From assembly GCA_951406725.2 (NCBI GenBank), contig OX597824.1, positions 28,954,001-29,018,000 of the forward strand: DNA of 64,000 nucleotides, given 5' to 3'. The notes beneath the pieces were generated by a model that was not told the origin of the DNA, ran no database searches, and saw nothing but the letters and a program-made list of their open reading frames with translations. The translations under genes were made by a program, and so were the position numbers. Within the stretch, counting starts at the first letter, position 1; every line of letters begins with the position of its first letter. The stretch is from Octopus vulgaris (lineage: Eukaryota). This document shows positions 23,191-37,092 of this stretch, one piece after another.

Positions 23191-23676
23191 GATTATCATT
23201 ATTATTATCATTATTATTATTATTATTAAGGCTGCATGCTGACAGAATAGTTGCCGCACCAGACGACTTCGACCGTTTTTACTTTCTGAGTTCAAATTCT
23301 GCCGGATTCGACTTTGTCTGTCATCCTTCCGATGTCAATGCAACAAGTATCCGCTGAGCACTGGAGTGAATGTAATCCATTGGCACCCTCCTCACAAAAT
23401 TTCAGGCCATGCACCTATCGTAAAAATATTTATTATTATTGTTGTTGTTGTTGTTGTTATTTTGCATGATGTTAATATTAATTTCTCATTTTGGCACAAG
23501 GTCAGTAATTTCGAGAAAGGAGTTAAGTCGATTACATCAACCCCAGTATTTAGCTTGTCCTCATTCTATCATACAACGATAAAAGCTAAAGTCGACCGCA
23601 ACAGAATTTAAACTCAGAACGTAAAGACAGTCGAAATGCCGCTAAGCATTTTACCCAGCATGCTTATGGTACTTCT

Positions 23677-24094
23677 TATTTCTTTATTGCCCACAAGGGG
23701 CTAAACATAGAGGGGACAACAAGGACAGACAAACGAATTAAGTCGTTTACATCGACCCCAGTGCGTAACTAGTACTTAATTTATCGACCCCGAAAGGATG
23801 AAAGGCAAAGTCGACCTCGGCGGACTTTGAACTTAGAACGCAGCGGCGGACGAAATACCTATTTCTTTACTACCCACAAGGGTCTAAACACAGAGAGGAA
23901 AACAAGGACAGACAAACGGATTAAGTCGATTATATCGACCTCAGTGCGTAACTGGTACTTAATTTATTGACCCCCGAAAAAATGAAAGGCAAAGTCGACC
24001 TCAGCGGAATTTGAACTCAGAACGTAAAGGCAGAAGAAAGACGGCTATGCATTTCGCCCGGCGTGCTAACGTTTCTGCCAGCTCGCCGCCTTTA
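23677..24094 (-). mobile_element. SINE family A dimer nested in an older family A monomer
   Basis: Two units; TSD cttatggtacttct (23663-23676) / cttacggtacttct (24095-24108); host SINE continues at ~23490-23676 and 24095-24122. Confidence 0.8.
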
Positions 24095-24550
24095 CTTACG
24101 GTACTTCTAGCTCGCCGACCTGCATAATATTGCGACTAATTTCTTAAATCTGCTAGCTGTTTCACAATTGGGCGTGGCACCTAAGAACATAAAGCTATCA
24201 ACATTTTTGTTATCGCATTCACCAAAACTAATTTATTATTTTCTCTCACTGCTCTGTTACAAAACATGCGCCTACTTTTTATTTTCGTTCTTTTGCTTTT
24301 GTTTTTTTTTTCTTGTATGTTTTTTTTCCAGAATATTTTCAAGCCATTTATTGGTTCTCTTATATATCCTAACCCTATCTTTTTGCGTATATCCAGATAT
24401 TTGCATGCAGATGATGTTTCCTTTGTTCAATAGGCTTCCACGATTGTGACATACTTCTCGTTAATCTTACGAAGTTTTTTTGTTAGAGTTGTTCAATTTC
24501 ATAGTTCCTGACAGAGAATAGTCTATCTTTTATACAAGTAGATTCGCTCC

Positions 24551-24841
24551 GTAGAGGCGCAATGGCCCAGTGGTTAGGGCAGTGGACTCGCGGTCGGAGG
24601 ATCGCCGTATCGATTCTCAGACTGGGCGTTGTGTGTGTTTATTAAGTGAAAACACCTAAAGCTCCACGAGGCTTCGGCAGGGGGTGGTGGCGACCCCTGT
24701 TGTACTCTATCGCCCCAACTTTCTCTCACTCTTTCTTCCTATTTCTTGGGTAACGTTGCGATGGACTGGCGTCCCGTCCAGCTGGAGGGTCCATGAGCCT
24801 GGCTAGGCTTGAAAAGGGCGCATAAATAAAAGAAAAAAAAA
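24551..24841 (+). mobile_element. tRNA-derived SINE, family C, with A-rich tail
   Basis: tggcccagtggttagggcagtggactcgcgg tRNA-like head; A tail; 11-bp TSD agattcgctcc at 24540-24550 and 24842-24852. Confidence 0.85.
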
Positions 24842-25169
24842 AGATTCGCTCCACTGATGATAACGGTGTCCCTACAAGCAATTAATATGTACGCACCATT
24901 TGCGATAAATGTGTTGCATACATAAATTGGTTTATCCAATTGTGTTACACCGCTAAACTTAGTGGCTATTTAAGCAATGTAATCGTGGATAGGTAATGAG
25001 TTGGATGTATTACTGAAGAAATAGCAACAACTCTCGAAATACAACCATGTTCAAACGTTTGAAACACCTTTTAAAAATTAATATAGTTTCACCTTTGAGC
25101 AATTCGCTTTTCATATATACAAAGTACATATTTAGGCATTTAACATAAAATTTCTAATTTCAGATTTAT

Positions 25170-25558
25170 CTTCCAGACTTTTGACCAAGTATTGACATAA
25201 TAATATAGTGAAAATTGAATATAACTTTGGGCATTCAACCATAACTTTTACCACTTGTGACATATTTTGCTCGAACTTGATGCCAGTATTACTTACAACT
25301 CATGGGATCTTTGAATGCTTTAAGTTCTCAGAAAACACAAAAAAACAATCGATGAGTGGAAATAATCGATAAAACGATTCCTTATGGGATTTCCCAATCA
25401 AATTGCCTTCAACACATTTTCGGCAAACGTTTACCAATTTCAACGGATGTCGCTCAAATTTGATGTCGGTGTCACTTATTTTGGTTTGAAGTATAGCGGT
25501 TGATCACTTAATAATCCTTACTTAATTAATCCCGGGCAACGCCGGGCTATACTGCTAG
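25170..25558 (+). mobile_element. Helitron-like 3' end
   Basis: cccgggcaacgccgggc hairpin followed by tatactgCTAG, the same terminus as 43862-44255; 5' boundary uncertain. Confidence 0.55.
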
Positions 25559-25778
25559 AATATATATATATATATATATATATAATGATAAATATTAATG
25601 TGAGTTATATACAGTAGCGGTAACACAACGTGACGTATTTTTGCCATTTCAATATGGCTAACCCCTAAGGGTGGATGCCCCAGGAGGACACACTCCTCCA
25701 GCTGGCCATAGACACACTTTCTGTGTCCTGTCAGTATTTGCAAAGGGAAGTCATCCTTCCCGTCTTCAACTTATGATA

Positions 25779-25823
25779 CACACGGACTCGAGTTTCGAGG
25801 TATTGACCTCTCGTCAGCGTGTG
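25779..25823 (-). ncRNA. Minimal type I hammerhead ribozyme (minus-strand copy)
   Basis: Exact reverse complement of 25932-25976. Confidence 0.85.
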
Positions 25824-25931
25824 ACAATCATAGTTGTCGCCGAGAATTAGATTTCCTTTACAAATACTTATACTTTTTCCAGTATAAGTATTTGTAAAGG
25901 AAATCTAATTCTCGGCGACAACTATGATTGT

Positions 25932-25976
25932 CACACGCTGACGAGAGGTCAATACCTCGAAACTCGAGTCCGTGTG
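25932..25976 (+). ncRNA. Minimal type I hammerhead ribozyme, canonical core
   Basis: cacacg CTGACGA gagg-tcaata-cctc GAAA ctcgag TC cgtgtg: 6-bp stem I, 4-bp stem II, palindromic stem III, GUC site ending at 25970. Confidence 0.85.
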
Positions 25977-26138
25977 TATCATAAGTTGAAGACGGGAAGG
26001 ATGACTTCCCTTTGCAAATACTGACAGGACACAGAAAGTGTGTCTATGGCCAGCTGGAGGAGTGTGTCCTCCTGGGGCTAAAAACTACAGTAGCATCCAC
26101 CCTTAGGGGTTAGCCATATTGAAATGGCAAAAATACGT

Positions 26139-26180
<42 letters not shown>

Positions 26181-26194
26181 CATACATACATACA

Positions 26195-26226
<32 letters not shown>

Positions 26227-26746
26227 GACACACATGTATGTATGCATGTATGTATGTATGTATGTATGTATAGATAGATAGAAACGTATGTGTTTCCTTG
26301 TATTTTTCTTTACCTGAGGTCTTCCTGTAAGAAAGGAGCTGGTTTCTAATAAAGACACAATGCGCTATCGTTGGATTCTAAGTAACAAAAGCAAATTTAA
26401 ATTTTGAACTTGGGAAACGTCTGAATGTCTGACAAGTGAAATATATACTATAGTAATAGAATTGAGACTATAATGTATCATGATTAAAAAAACGCAATTC
26501 GCCCACCTCAATCAGTATAATCGGTGCTAGACTGTGATGCAGTAAATCAAGAATATTTAAGTAATTAAAATTGTTCATTTAATGTTTGGAACAATAATTA
26601 GTGACATTGTAAAATAAGACAGGAGTGACAACTAACAAGATACTGTAACATATTAACCTTTTTTTCTAAATCATTAAGAGTTCAGTATCTAGGTAACTCA
26701 ATCTGAAACAAGTCAAGGTGGTAGCTTGTCCTTTTCTATCTACCTA

Positions 26747-27315
26747 AGGCGGCGAAATGGCTGAATTGTTACCGCACCGGGAAAAATGCTTAGCGATATT
26801 CCGTCTGCCGCTACGTTCTGAGTTCAAATTCCGCCGAGGTCGACTTTGCCTTTCATCCTTTCGGGGTCGATAAATTAAGTACCAGTTACGCACTGGGGTC
26901 GATGTAATCGACTTAATACCTATGTCTGTCCTTGTTTGTCCTCTATGTGTTTAGCCCCTTGTGGGTAATAAAGAAATAGGTATTCCGTCTGCCGCTACGT
27001 TCTGAGTTCAAATTCCGCCGAGGTCGACTTTGCCTTTCATCCTTTTGGGGTCGATTAAATAAGTACCAGTTATGCACTGGGGTCGATATAATCGACTTAA
27101 TCCGTTTGTCTGTCCTTGTTTGTCCTCTCTGTGTTTAGCCCCTTGTAGGTAGTAATGAAATAGGTATTTCTTCCAGCTAAGCTCAAACTCAGCTAATTTG
27201 CCTTTCATCGTATCGGGATCGGCAAAATAAGTACCAGTTATGTACTGGTGATGATATAATCGCCTACACCACGATCTGTAAGATTTTTAGCCTTGTGCCA
27301 AAATAGGAAATCAAT
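26747..27315 (+). mobile_element. SINE family A multimer (two full units plus a diverged terminal unit)
   Basis: Head aaggcggcgaaatggctgaat; units start at ~26797 and ~26981. Confidence 0.8.
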
Positions 27316-28123
27316 ATTATGACTGCCTCTAAGGCGGAGAGTGGCAGAATCGTTACCGCGACGGACAAAATGCTTAGCAATATTTCTTCCAACATTACGT
27401 CCTGAGTTTAAGCGCCACAGGAGTTGACTTTTCCTTCAACCTTTTCGGGGTCGATAAATAAGCACCAGTTTAACACTGGCGTCAATGTTACTATTGACAC
27501 TTCATTTCGTATAATTTCCAGATTTACGAAAGAAGCGTCACCAGTATTGTTGGACTGTCTCGTGGCTTTGACGAATAAGGATCCAGCAAGACACAGCTGC
27601 ACAGTGCTGGTCCGTGGGATACAAGCGTCACCTTATAGGTCTCCTGTGTACAAAGTTAAGAGTTAAACCTGTCTCCGTCGCATCTTTCTCTATAATTACT
27701 GGGCTTATGAAACAATATGATAGTGATGATTTTGGTGTCTTGATTTGCTGATCAATCTATATCATGAATATTAATTATTACAGCGAACGTGGTTTGTGCA
27801 GAGCCAGGCCCACTTTATCGTCCTTCACACTTGTATTCATCTGGCGAACCAAGTCCCACGATCCCACTAATTATCAGGATGCAAGATTTATAAGGAGGTA
27901 CCTTCTCTTAGATGAGTGGCTAACAAGCTGAAGGGTCTCAACTGCTCTAGTTCCGTTGGCATGACTGAGAAGGATTTTCTTCCTAAGGTACTATCAAATA
28001 TAGTGTTAGATTTAATCGCCTTTTTACCAACCTCTAAAATAGCATGGCTTTATGTCAATCTTCAGGATTTTCATTTTCATTTTTTGGATACGTTTATTAC
28101 ACATTGTTTACGGTTTCTCAATA

Positions 28124-28644
28124 CTGTAAATCCTCAAGTATAATCCGCATTTCCCCCAAAAATTTAAAGGTCAAAATCCCTAGTGCGTACTATATACGAG
28201 GTTAAAAATGAAAAATATTTTCTAAGCAATGTCCGAGTCTCTATTTGCTGTCCGGCAATGTTTATTCAGACGCATTTTGTGATGTCGGGCGCGAAAATAC
28301 CTTAAGCTAAGCCTTAAAGCAATGAAGTCATAAAAGAATCATCCATAACTTGCAGTTAGCAACATTTATTAAAATAAAAGTATTCAGAACACAAAATAAC
28401 ATATAACAAAAACAATTTGCAAACATATTTATATTCCCATATAACAGTTGAGAACATCACCATCATTGTATTACGCATGCGCGGAAGTGTTTGTTCGACT
28501 AGGTGCTGCTGACTTAATTACGCACGACCCAAGTTAGAGAAGGAGTGCGTATTATACACAAGGTTTAGGTTTTCCAGAGGTACAGCTCCCTAAAAATCCC
28601 CTGCGTATTATACTTAAGGGCGGACTATACTCGAAGATTTACGG
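28124..28644. mobile_element. pogo/Tc2-like MITE
   Basis: TIRs ctgtaaatcctcaagtataatccgc / gcggactatactcgaagatttacgg; TA duplication on both sides; no ORF. Confidence 0.8.
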
Positions 28645-29499
28645 TAAGCACAGACGAAATTACAATGTGTTACAATACACAATATAACCAATTTTAATTC
28701 TAAATTTTTGTATGATCTTATCTTTGTGAAGTTACGTCTATTGAAAAAAAAAGACACAAATGTAAATGGGAAAAATGAAATAAGTAATTTGCAAAAACGA
28801 ATATTTTAAAGTAATTATGAAAGTTTGCTGGTTTTTCTCTCGACATTCCGCCCTGTTTAGATTTCAAAAAGGAATAAATATGTGAAATTCGAAATAACTG
28901 TTGTTTTGGAACATTCTGAGAGAGAAAAAAAAATAACTGTTAAAGCTAAATGCTAAGAATATAATTACTATTTAAGAATACCAAACTAAAAGTTGAAAAA
29001 AAAAATGAATGAAATCTGATTTTCAGCACCTCATTAACACCATCACTAAATAGTTTTGTACTTTAGAGCAATCTGGAATGAGAAATTGCTTTTAAGTGTG
29101 TCACCTGTTGTATATCTAAACAGACTTTTTAGAGTAACAAAATATAACAAGGAACGAAATAAATCAACAACACAAAAAAAAAAGTATAGGACACAAAATA
29201 AAAAAAAATGAAAGAAAAAGCTTAGAAAACTGAAAGAACAAACAAACGACAGATTTCAATTAATTAATACCATTCCGAAATAACATGGTAAGAGCTGTGA
29301 AAAAGTTGCAAAGATTTATAGAAATTCTAGCTAACTCCTCGTGGATCAGTTTTCCGTTACCGATCCTGAACATAAGCTATTTCTTTTAAAACATATTCTA
29401 ACCTCGTTTCCAAACCCATTTTAGTCGCTGTGATGTCGTTGACTCCAGCATAGTTACTGAAGTATAATTTAACAATTCAAACGGTGTGTGTGTGTGTGT

Positions 29500-30230
29500 A
29501 TATATATATGTGAGTGTGTGTGTGCATGTGTGTATGTGTTCATGTGTGTGTCTGCGTGCGTACGTGTGTGTGTGTGTATGTATATGCACGTACGCACGCA
29601 GACACACACATGAACACATACACACATGCACACACACTCACATATACATACACACACACGTACGCACGCAGACACACACACACATGAACACATACACACA
29701 TGCACACACACTCACATAAACATACACACACACGTACGCACGCAGACACACACATACATGAACACATACACACATGCACAAACACTCACATATACATACA
29801 CACACACGTACGCACGCAGACACACACACACATGAACACATACACACACGCACACACATTCACATATACATACATACACACGTACGCACGCAGACACACA
29901 CACACATGAACACATACACACATGCACACACACTCACATAAACATACACACACACGTACGCACGCAGACACACACACACATGAACGCATACACACATGCA
30001 CAAACACTCACATATACATACACACACACGTACGCACGCAGACACACACACACATGAACACATACACACATGCACACACACTCACAAAAACATACACACA
30101 TGTGTGCGTGTGTTCATGTGTGCGTGTCTGTGTCTGCGTGCGTACGTGTGTGTGTATGTATATGTAAGTGTTTGTGCATGTGTATATGCGTTCATGTGTA
30201 TGTGTGTCTGCGTGCGTCCGTGTGTTCGTG
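29500..30230. repeat. 74-bp minisatellite built from CA repeats (~7 copies) with inverted copies at both ends
   Basis: Unit cacgtacgcacgcagacacacacacacatgaacacatacacacatgcacacacactcacatatacatacacaca; the 74-bp period is also visible in the ORF spacing (29638, 29712, 29786, 29860). Confidence 0.9.
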
Positions 30231-30399
30231 AGTGTGCGCGCGTGTGTTCGTGCGTATGTCTGTTTGTGTACATGCATGTGTGCACGTGTGTGTGGGGGTG
30301 CGTGCGACCGTGTGTGCCTGCGTGCGTGCGCGAGTTCGCGCGTGTGTGTGTGCGTGTGTGTGTGTGCGTGCGCGTGTGTTTGTGTGTGCCTGTTTGTGT

Positions 30400-31651
30400 G
30401 TCGCAATTTTAGATTTTTCAACTTCGCGCATGCGTATTCTTTGTTTTTGATTTTGTCGACTACAGAGTATAGTAGGGTCAGTTGAGCACCGTCTGTGAGT
30501 AAAAACATCATCATGATGCGATTCATTCTGCCAGTAATTTTGGAAATATATGCTGTACTGCTTAGCATTCGCGCCGAAAGCTTCAATGCGAACATTTCAG
30601 TGTTTGAGTGTCAATGTGATGACAATGTAGAGGATTCGGAAAATGTTGGATGAGTCTCATGGGGATTACGAAGGTACGGCAACTCGGGAAACTTACTCTG
30701 ATTGTTCTGACAAGAAAAGAACTCATGAATCTGTTGGTGAGATCCAGACCATCATTGACAATGACCACTGCAAGTCAATCAGTCCATCACCAAGGACATG
30801 AGAGTGTCTGTGTTTCTTATCAGGGAGGTATTGCATGAAGAAATTCAGTATTCCTTATTTTATCCCAGACCATTAAGGACAAAGGAAAGACTGCGCTACG
30901 AAGCTTTTGAACAAACTCAAGCATCCCCTCCAATTGAACATGCTTTGGTTTTTCTCGCACGGGAAAATTTCTGCCAGGATCAGATTGTGAACACATAGAA
31001 CAACCGTTGGCTTGCCATGTCCCCAAAACATGTACCTAGAGTGATAAAAATCGAACATCCAGTCAACATCATGGCGTTTGGAGTAATCAATAGTGATGGC
31101 GACGTTATGCCTCCTTTCATCTTCCGACTCGGCCTTAGACTCAACACGTAGGCCTACATCAAGTACCAGGAGGAGGTAGTACTCTGGGTGAAGAAGGTGT
31201 CTGCTGGAAGATCCTATGTCTGGCAACAGTACACTACACCATGCCACACCAGCAGGAGGATTCAGTAATGGTTATCAGACAATTTCTGTGATCACACCAC
31301 CCCTAACATCTGGTTACTAAACTCACCAAACCGCAACACCCTTGCTTATTATGTGTGGGGTGCAGTTGAGTTAGAGATCAAGAAAACTCCTTCTAACACC
31401 AAAGATGAACTGAAGGTAAAGATTATGGCAGCATTCAACGACTTAAACAAGGAGACTGTCTAGATGTGTTGCAGCAAATTCCGAAGTCGTCTGAAGGCCC
31501 TGGCTGAAGCAAATGGCGATTTTATTGAATAAATTTACACTTTAGTATTGCAAGATTTTTTAATGTAATTTTGGTAAATATATCTATTAAAATGAGATGT
31601 CAGTGTTATATTTTTACGAAATTTAGACGACAATTCATTCACCGCACCCTG
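30400..31651 (+). mobile_element. Decayed Tc1/mariner transposon, maT (DD37D)-like
   Basis: NNRWLA..HPVNIMAFGVINSDGDVMPPFIF..YVWQQ..PCHTSRR..NSPN..YYVWG..EANGDFIE*; spacing fits DD37D; ends caccctg|TA. Confidence 0.85.
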
Positions 31652-31652
31652 T

Positions 31653-31684
<32 letters not shown>

Positions 31685-31700
31685 CATGCATACACATACA

Positions 31701-31734
<34 letters not shown>

Positions 31735-32269
31735 CATACATACATACATATATACATACATACATATATACATACATACATACATACATATATACATACA
31801 TACATACATATATACATACATACATATATACATACATACATACGTACATATATACATACATACATACATATATACATACATACATGCATACATACGTGTG
31901 TGGGAGGGGTATGTATGAATGCATATATCTGATATATATTTGTTTGCATACAACTCCATTTCTAGAATCCAAACAAAATATCATTAGGTTACAAGAAACA
32001 CAGGTGCCTTTTGGAATGGTTCGCATATTCTTAGAATATACATCAAATGGAATTATCAGATTGGAATGAGTTGGAATAGGCTGGAGTCGAACAAATACAA
32101 AAACAAGAAAAAAGAAAACTGTTAGAAGTGGCAGAAAATTTAGTTTATGTTCGCAAAACGATTGTAAAGCACTAACTTGAAAACAAAAACAACGACGAAA
32201 TACACTTGACATATATATATATATGTATATGTATATGAATGTATATGTACGTATATGTATATATGTATG

Positions 32270-32319
<50 letters not shown>

Positions 32320-32326
32320 TGTGTAT

Positions 32327-32528
<202 letters not shown>

Positions 32529-33036
32529 GAAGAAATAATATTTTTCTTCTGCCTCTAGAGTGGGATAGAATAAAATAATTTACTGTGAAGTGGTAAGTGA
32601 TCGATAAACGAAAGATAATGAGGAAAATACGAGATTGGTAGCGGGAGAGAGAGCAAGCAAATGAAATGCAGATAAAGAAAAGAATGAGAGAAAGAATGAA
32701 AGGAAGTAAGTAAGATGTGATAGAAAGGGGAAAAGGAAGACGGCTAGAAAGAAATAGAAATAGAGAAAAAGAGAGTGCGAGAGAATAAAGAGAATAAATA
32801 TAGTATACAGAAAAGAATGATTGCAGAATGAAAGCAAGAAAAGAAAAAGAAGGAAAGAAGACGCTAAGGAAGAAAAGGATAACTGATAAAATTAGAAAAT
32901 ACAGAGAGAGAAATGCTGGAATAATGAAACAATGCAAGAAGGGGAAGGCGAAAAGAGAGAAAGAATGAAAGAGAGAACGAAAAGGCTGAATAGTTATTTA
33001 AGACTGGATCTGACAGATGCAAGTTGTAAATATGTG

Positions 33037-33112
<76 letters not shown>

Positions 33113-33281
33113 TACATCTACATATATGTGTTGGCGTTTGTATAATTATATGCATAATATATATATGTATGTATATATATATATATATATAAATATAAAT
33201 GTATAAATACACACACACACATATATATATATGTATATATACATATATATATGTATATATACATATATATACATGTAATTA

Positions 33282-33365
<84 letters not shown>

Positions 33366-33920
33366 TATATATATATATATGAATGAAAGTGGAATAGATT
33401 GCTGGTGATTTGGTATCGAAATGCCTTGAGCTATTGTGGGTGAAAAATGTTTATAGCAAGTTAATAAGCAAAGGCTTATCTATAATTTAACTCTTCTACA
33501 CCATAGCCAGAATATCCCTGCTGGTTTACAGATAATTATACAGTAATCTTCGGGTTAATTCTGGCGATAAATTTTGAATCGATATGCGAAATTATGTTAT
33601 GTTGCAGATTACCAGACAGTTAGCTAGTCTTGCTAACACTATAGTATCTGATAAATTAACCGTGAAATAAGATAGATACACGTTGAGATTGAATGGGACA
33701 GCTTACATGTAGATAAACATTCAAGATATATATCTTAAGAAAATGAATGCAAGTACATCGCTAATGCAATGCAGTTTATAATAAATACGCAAACAAACAT
33801 TAACGTATATACACACACATATATGCTTGTCTATTATTTATATATATGTGCGTATGTATGTTTGTATATATATGTGTGTGTATCTATATCCATATCTATC
33901 TATATATATATATATATTTG

Positions 33921-33958
<38 letters not shown>

Positions 33959-34343
33959 TATATATATATATAAATATCCTTCAGTGGAGAGTAACTTAAA
34001 CATTAATTCAGGACGCATGAAGAGGTGAGAAAAATATATTTTTCCATACGACTTGCGTGTGATCACAGCTGTTTCGCAACGTCCTTCATTTAGTAATAAA
34101 TTTCAGTATAAAGAAATTAAACGTACATGTTTGCATGAATGTGTATACGCAGTATTATACAATACAGTTGTATACTCACAAATCCAAATAAAATCACTGA
34201 ACACAATTTAGCTGCGGAGCTTCATACTGACATGTATCATAAACACACACGCATAAAACATAGGTATATGTACACTGATACAGACATACGTTCAGACAAA
34301 ATTTTACACTCATATCTATGGGTATATGCAGATTCATACATAC

Positions 34344-34374
<31 letters not shown>

Positions 34375-34553
34375 GCCGAAAGTGCGAGGATGATCCGGTA
34401 CTTGACTGAAGATTAAAGGCTTCGAATGACCAGTCAGTGTTTTTTGTATCGTCTATTTGGATGTTTTGCGTTCTTGTCCCATTTTGTATTTTTTATACAC
34501 ACACACTCACACACACACACATGCACACACACACACACACACATATATATATG

Positions 34554-34601
<48 letters not shown>

Positions 34602-34813
34602 GTACTTACACCTTAGATCTATCCTGGCGTCTGATGTGGCTTCTTCAACCAGACAATGTTAAAGACACCCACATAAATTGCACATCTGCTTTTTCACCAC
34701 ATATATAATACAGATATATTATACATATATATTGCATATACATATATATAATATTATATATATTACTCATATATGCATATATGTATATATCTATTATTTA
34801 TTTTATTATTTAT

Positions 34814-35193
34814 CTAGCGGTATCACCCGGCGTTGCTCGGGTTTGTAAGGGAAATTACTATATAAGCATTTTTAGAGAGTTATCGCCCAAAAATAGCAAA
34901 AAAATGCATTAAAAATGGAAAAAAAATGATGGTAAATTTTTTTTTAAATCGTTGACTCATCGTAGACATTTTTTAGAGAGTTACTTCCCTTATATAATAG
35001 CGAAAAAATGCATTAAAATGGAAAATAAATGATGGTAAATTTTTTTTTTAAATTGTAGACTCATCGTAGACGCGCGCTAATACCGCGACTATAAGATACC
35101 CGGTTTTGGTTAAACTGCACCGCAAAATGTGGGAGTAGTTAGGAATCTAAATCGTAGGAGACAGACACACAACTTGACTTTTATATATAAAGA
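34814..35193 (-). mobile_element. Non-autonomous Helitron
   Basis: Minus strand 5' TCtttatatataaaag ... gagcaacgccgggtgataccgCTAG 3'; reverse-orientation copy of 43862-44255. Confidence 0.8.
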
Positions 35194-35816
35194 TTGAACG
35201 CCATGCATCCATTTCCAAGTAAGTTTAACTCTATTCTTGCGACTCTATACTGTTTTCCCTCCCATCCTTCTCTAATTTCATTTTTTCTCCCCTTCACCGT
35301 TTTCTCTCTATCTGTCTCTCCCTCCCTCTTTCTCCTTTTCTCTCTCTCGTTGCTCACGCGTGACTATCATCTATCTTTCTTTTCTTCGCGTGACCATCTT
35401 TCTTTTCTTACGCGACGTTCTAAGGACTGGAGGTCTCCTATCGTTTCTTTGTTCAAAGGAAATATTTCTTCCAGCATTCACTGTTATCCCTCGATATGGT
35501 CTAACGACTCTCCATGCTTGTTTTCGTTGGGCTTCCTTGTATGTCTCTCAGGTCTTGTTTTTGTTCCCAAATTTGACCCTCCATAAAATCCAAACTTTAT
35601 TTAGGAAGATATGGGAGCAACTGTCTTCGAAGATTCATATAGTCGTTGAATGCTCGAAATGAGGAGGAGATGGACAGCCAACAACGGATGAAAGGCCGTT
35701 TTTTGTGTTACTTGTCCTGTTTTCATTTTTTTTTCTGTCGTTGTATGCGTATTTAACTCGCTTATTTTCGCACTTCATATTATTTACAGTTGGTGATGTA
35801 CTGTACCCATATATGC

Positions 35817-35904
<88 letters not shown>

Positions 35905-35935
35905 CCATGTGTATATCATATTATATATACATATA

Positions 35936-35995
<60 letters not shown>

Positions 35996-36162
35996 TGAAG
36001 TGGTATGTCCTTGGGAGAGAAATTGGTATTAATCCTTTGTATCATTATTTTTGAAGAAGGCTGTTGACCTACATGTTATATCAATCATGCATTGATATAA
36101 ATTGTACAATAAAGCCAGAAACATATGTACCGCAAAATCCTTTGCGTCCTGTTTTTCTTTTG

Positions 36163-36206
<44 letters not shown>

Positions 36207-36339
36207 TATATTATATATATATATGTATGTATGTAGGATTGTATCTATGTATCTATCTAGCTGTCTGTCTGTCTGTCTATATATGTGTATAATATTCTTT
36301 AATACGTTTCAGCCTAAACGTTGTGACTAGGCTGGAGCA

Positions 36340-36824
36340 CCACCAGTGTAATTACCTTTTCAGCGACCAATCTCTTGTGATCGGCTTTTGGTGAATGAGG
36401 GAGTTCGACAGTGCTACCCTAATTTGATTTTCCTACCTTCATATAGGTTCATCTGAGAGCTTGGACAGCAGGAGGTCAAAGTGTTCTCGAAAACATCTAC
36501 TCTTGCACCCTGAGATGTTTTGGTCAAGCATTAAATAGTTGTATGCCATTGAATTCCGACATATTGTAGTACATGAGCCTCACGTTAGACAGGATAGCTA
36601 GGACCTTTGGAACATTGCAGTGACATTCAGTTTGGGAGCTATTATTATAGCATTCAATTCTAATGCTTGATGACAACTCCTCCGGGATCACCTATAGACA
36701 TATCACTGCATACCTCCCACATCTTCTCTTCAGGGAGTAGAGGCGTAGTTCTTTTAGACTTTCCCAGTAGCCCAGCTGTTCCGCTGATGCAAATTTCCTG
36801 GTGTACCACTGCTGAACTGACTCA

Positions 36825-36825
<1 letters not shown>
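36340..36825 (-). mobile_element. LINE 3' end (CR1/L2/Jockey-group-like), decayed
   Basis: Minus strand GIQLFNA*PKHLR..VDVF..FDLLLSKLSDEP; a related short tail lies at ~37320-37460. Confidence 0.6.
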
Positions 36826-36905
<80 letters not shown>

Positions 36906-36911
36906 GCCTCC

Positions 36912-36981
<70 letters not shown>

Positions 36982-37033
36982 ATCTATCTCTCATTCTCCC
37001 CCTCTCTCTCACTTTTTCTCAATTTCTTTCTAC

Positions 37034-37092
<59 letters not shown>

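Larger units (their letters stand above)
25630..26141. repeat. Near-perfect 512-bp palindrome (245-bp arms, 6-nt loop)
   Basis: 25630-25874 is the reverse complement of 25881-26141 apart from a 16-bp indel (26079-26094); loop ttttcc; (TA)n directly to the right and nearby on the left. Confidence 0.95.

Noticed and set aside
24553-24625. tRNA-like sequences (also 7670-7745, 57360-57434, 42203-42268) as tRNA genes
   Set aside because: Cloverleaf pairing is incomplete, and each continues into a SINE body with a tail and TSD.
25000-25048. CTGAAGA..CGAAA inside a ggatgtatt/aatacaacc stem (similarly 17807-17835)
   Set aside because: No stem III or NUH in the right register, and stem II is mismatched.
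34055-34095. Minus-strand GAAACAGCTGTG half-motif (similarly GAAACACATGTA at ~51318-51330)
   Set aside because: The CUGANGA half is missing, so it is treated only as a possible PLE remnant and not as a ribozyme.
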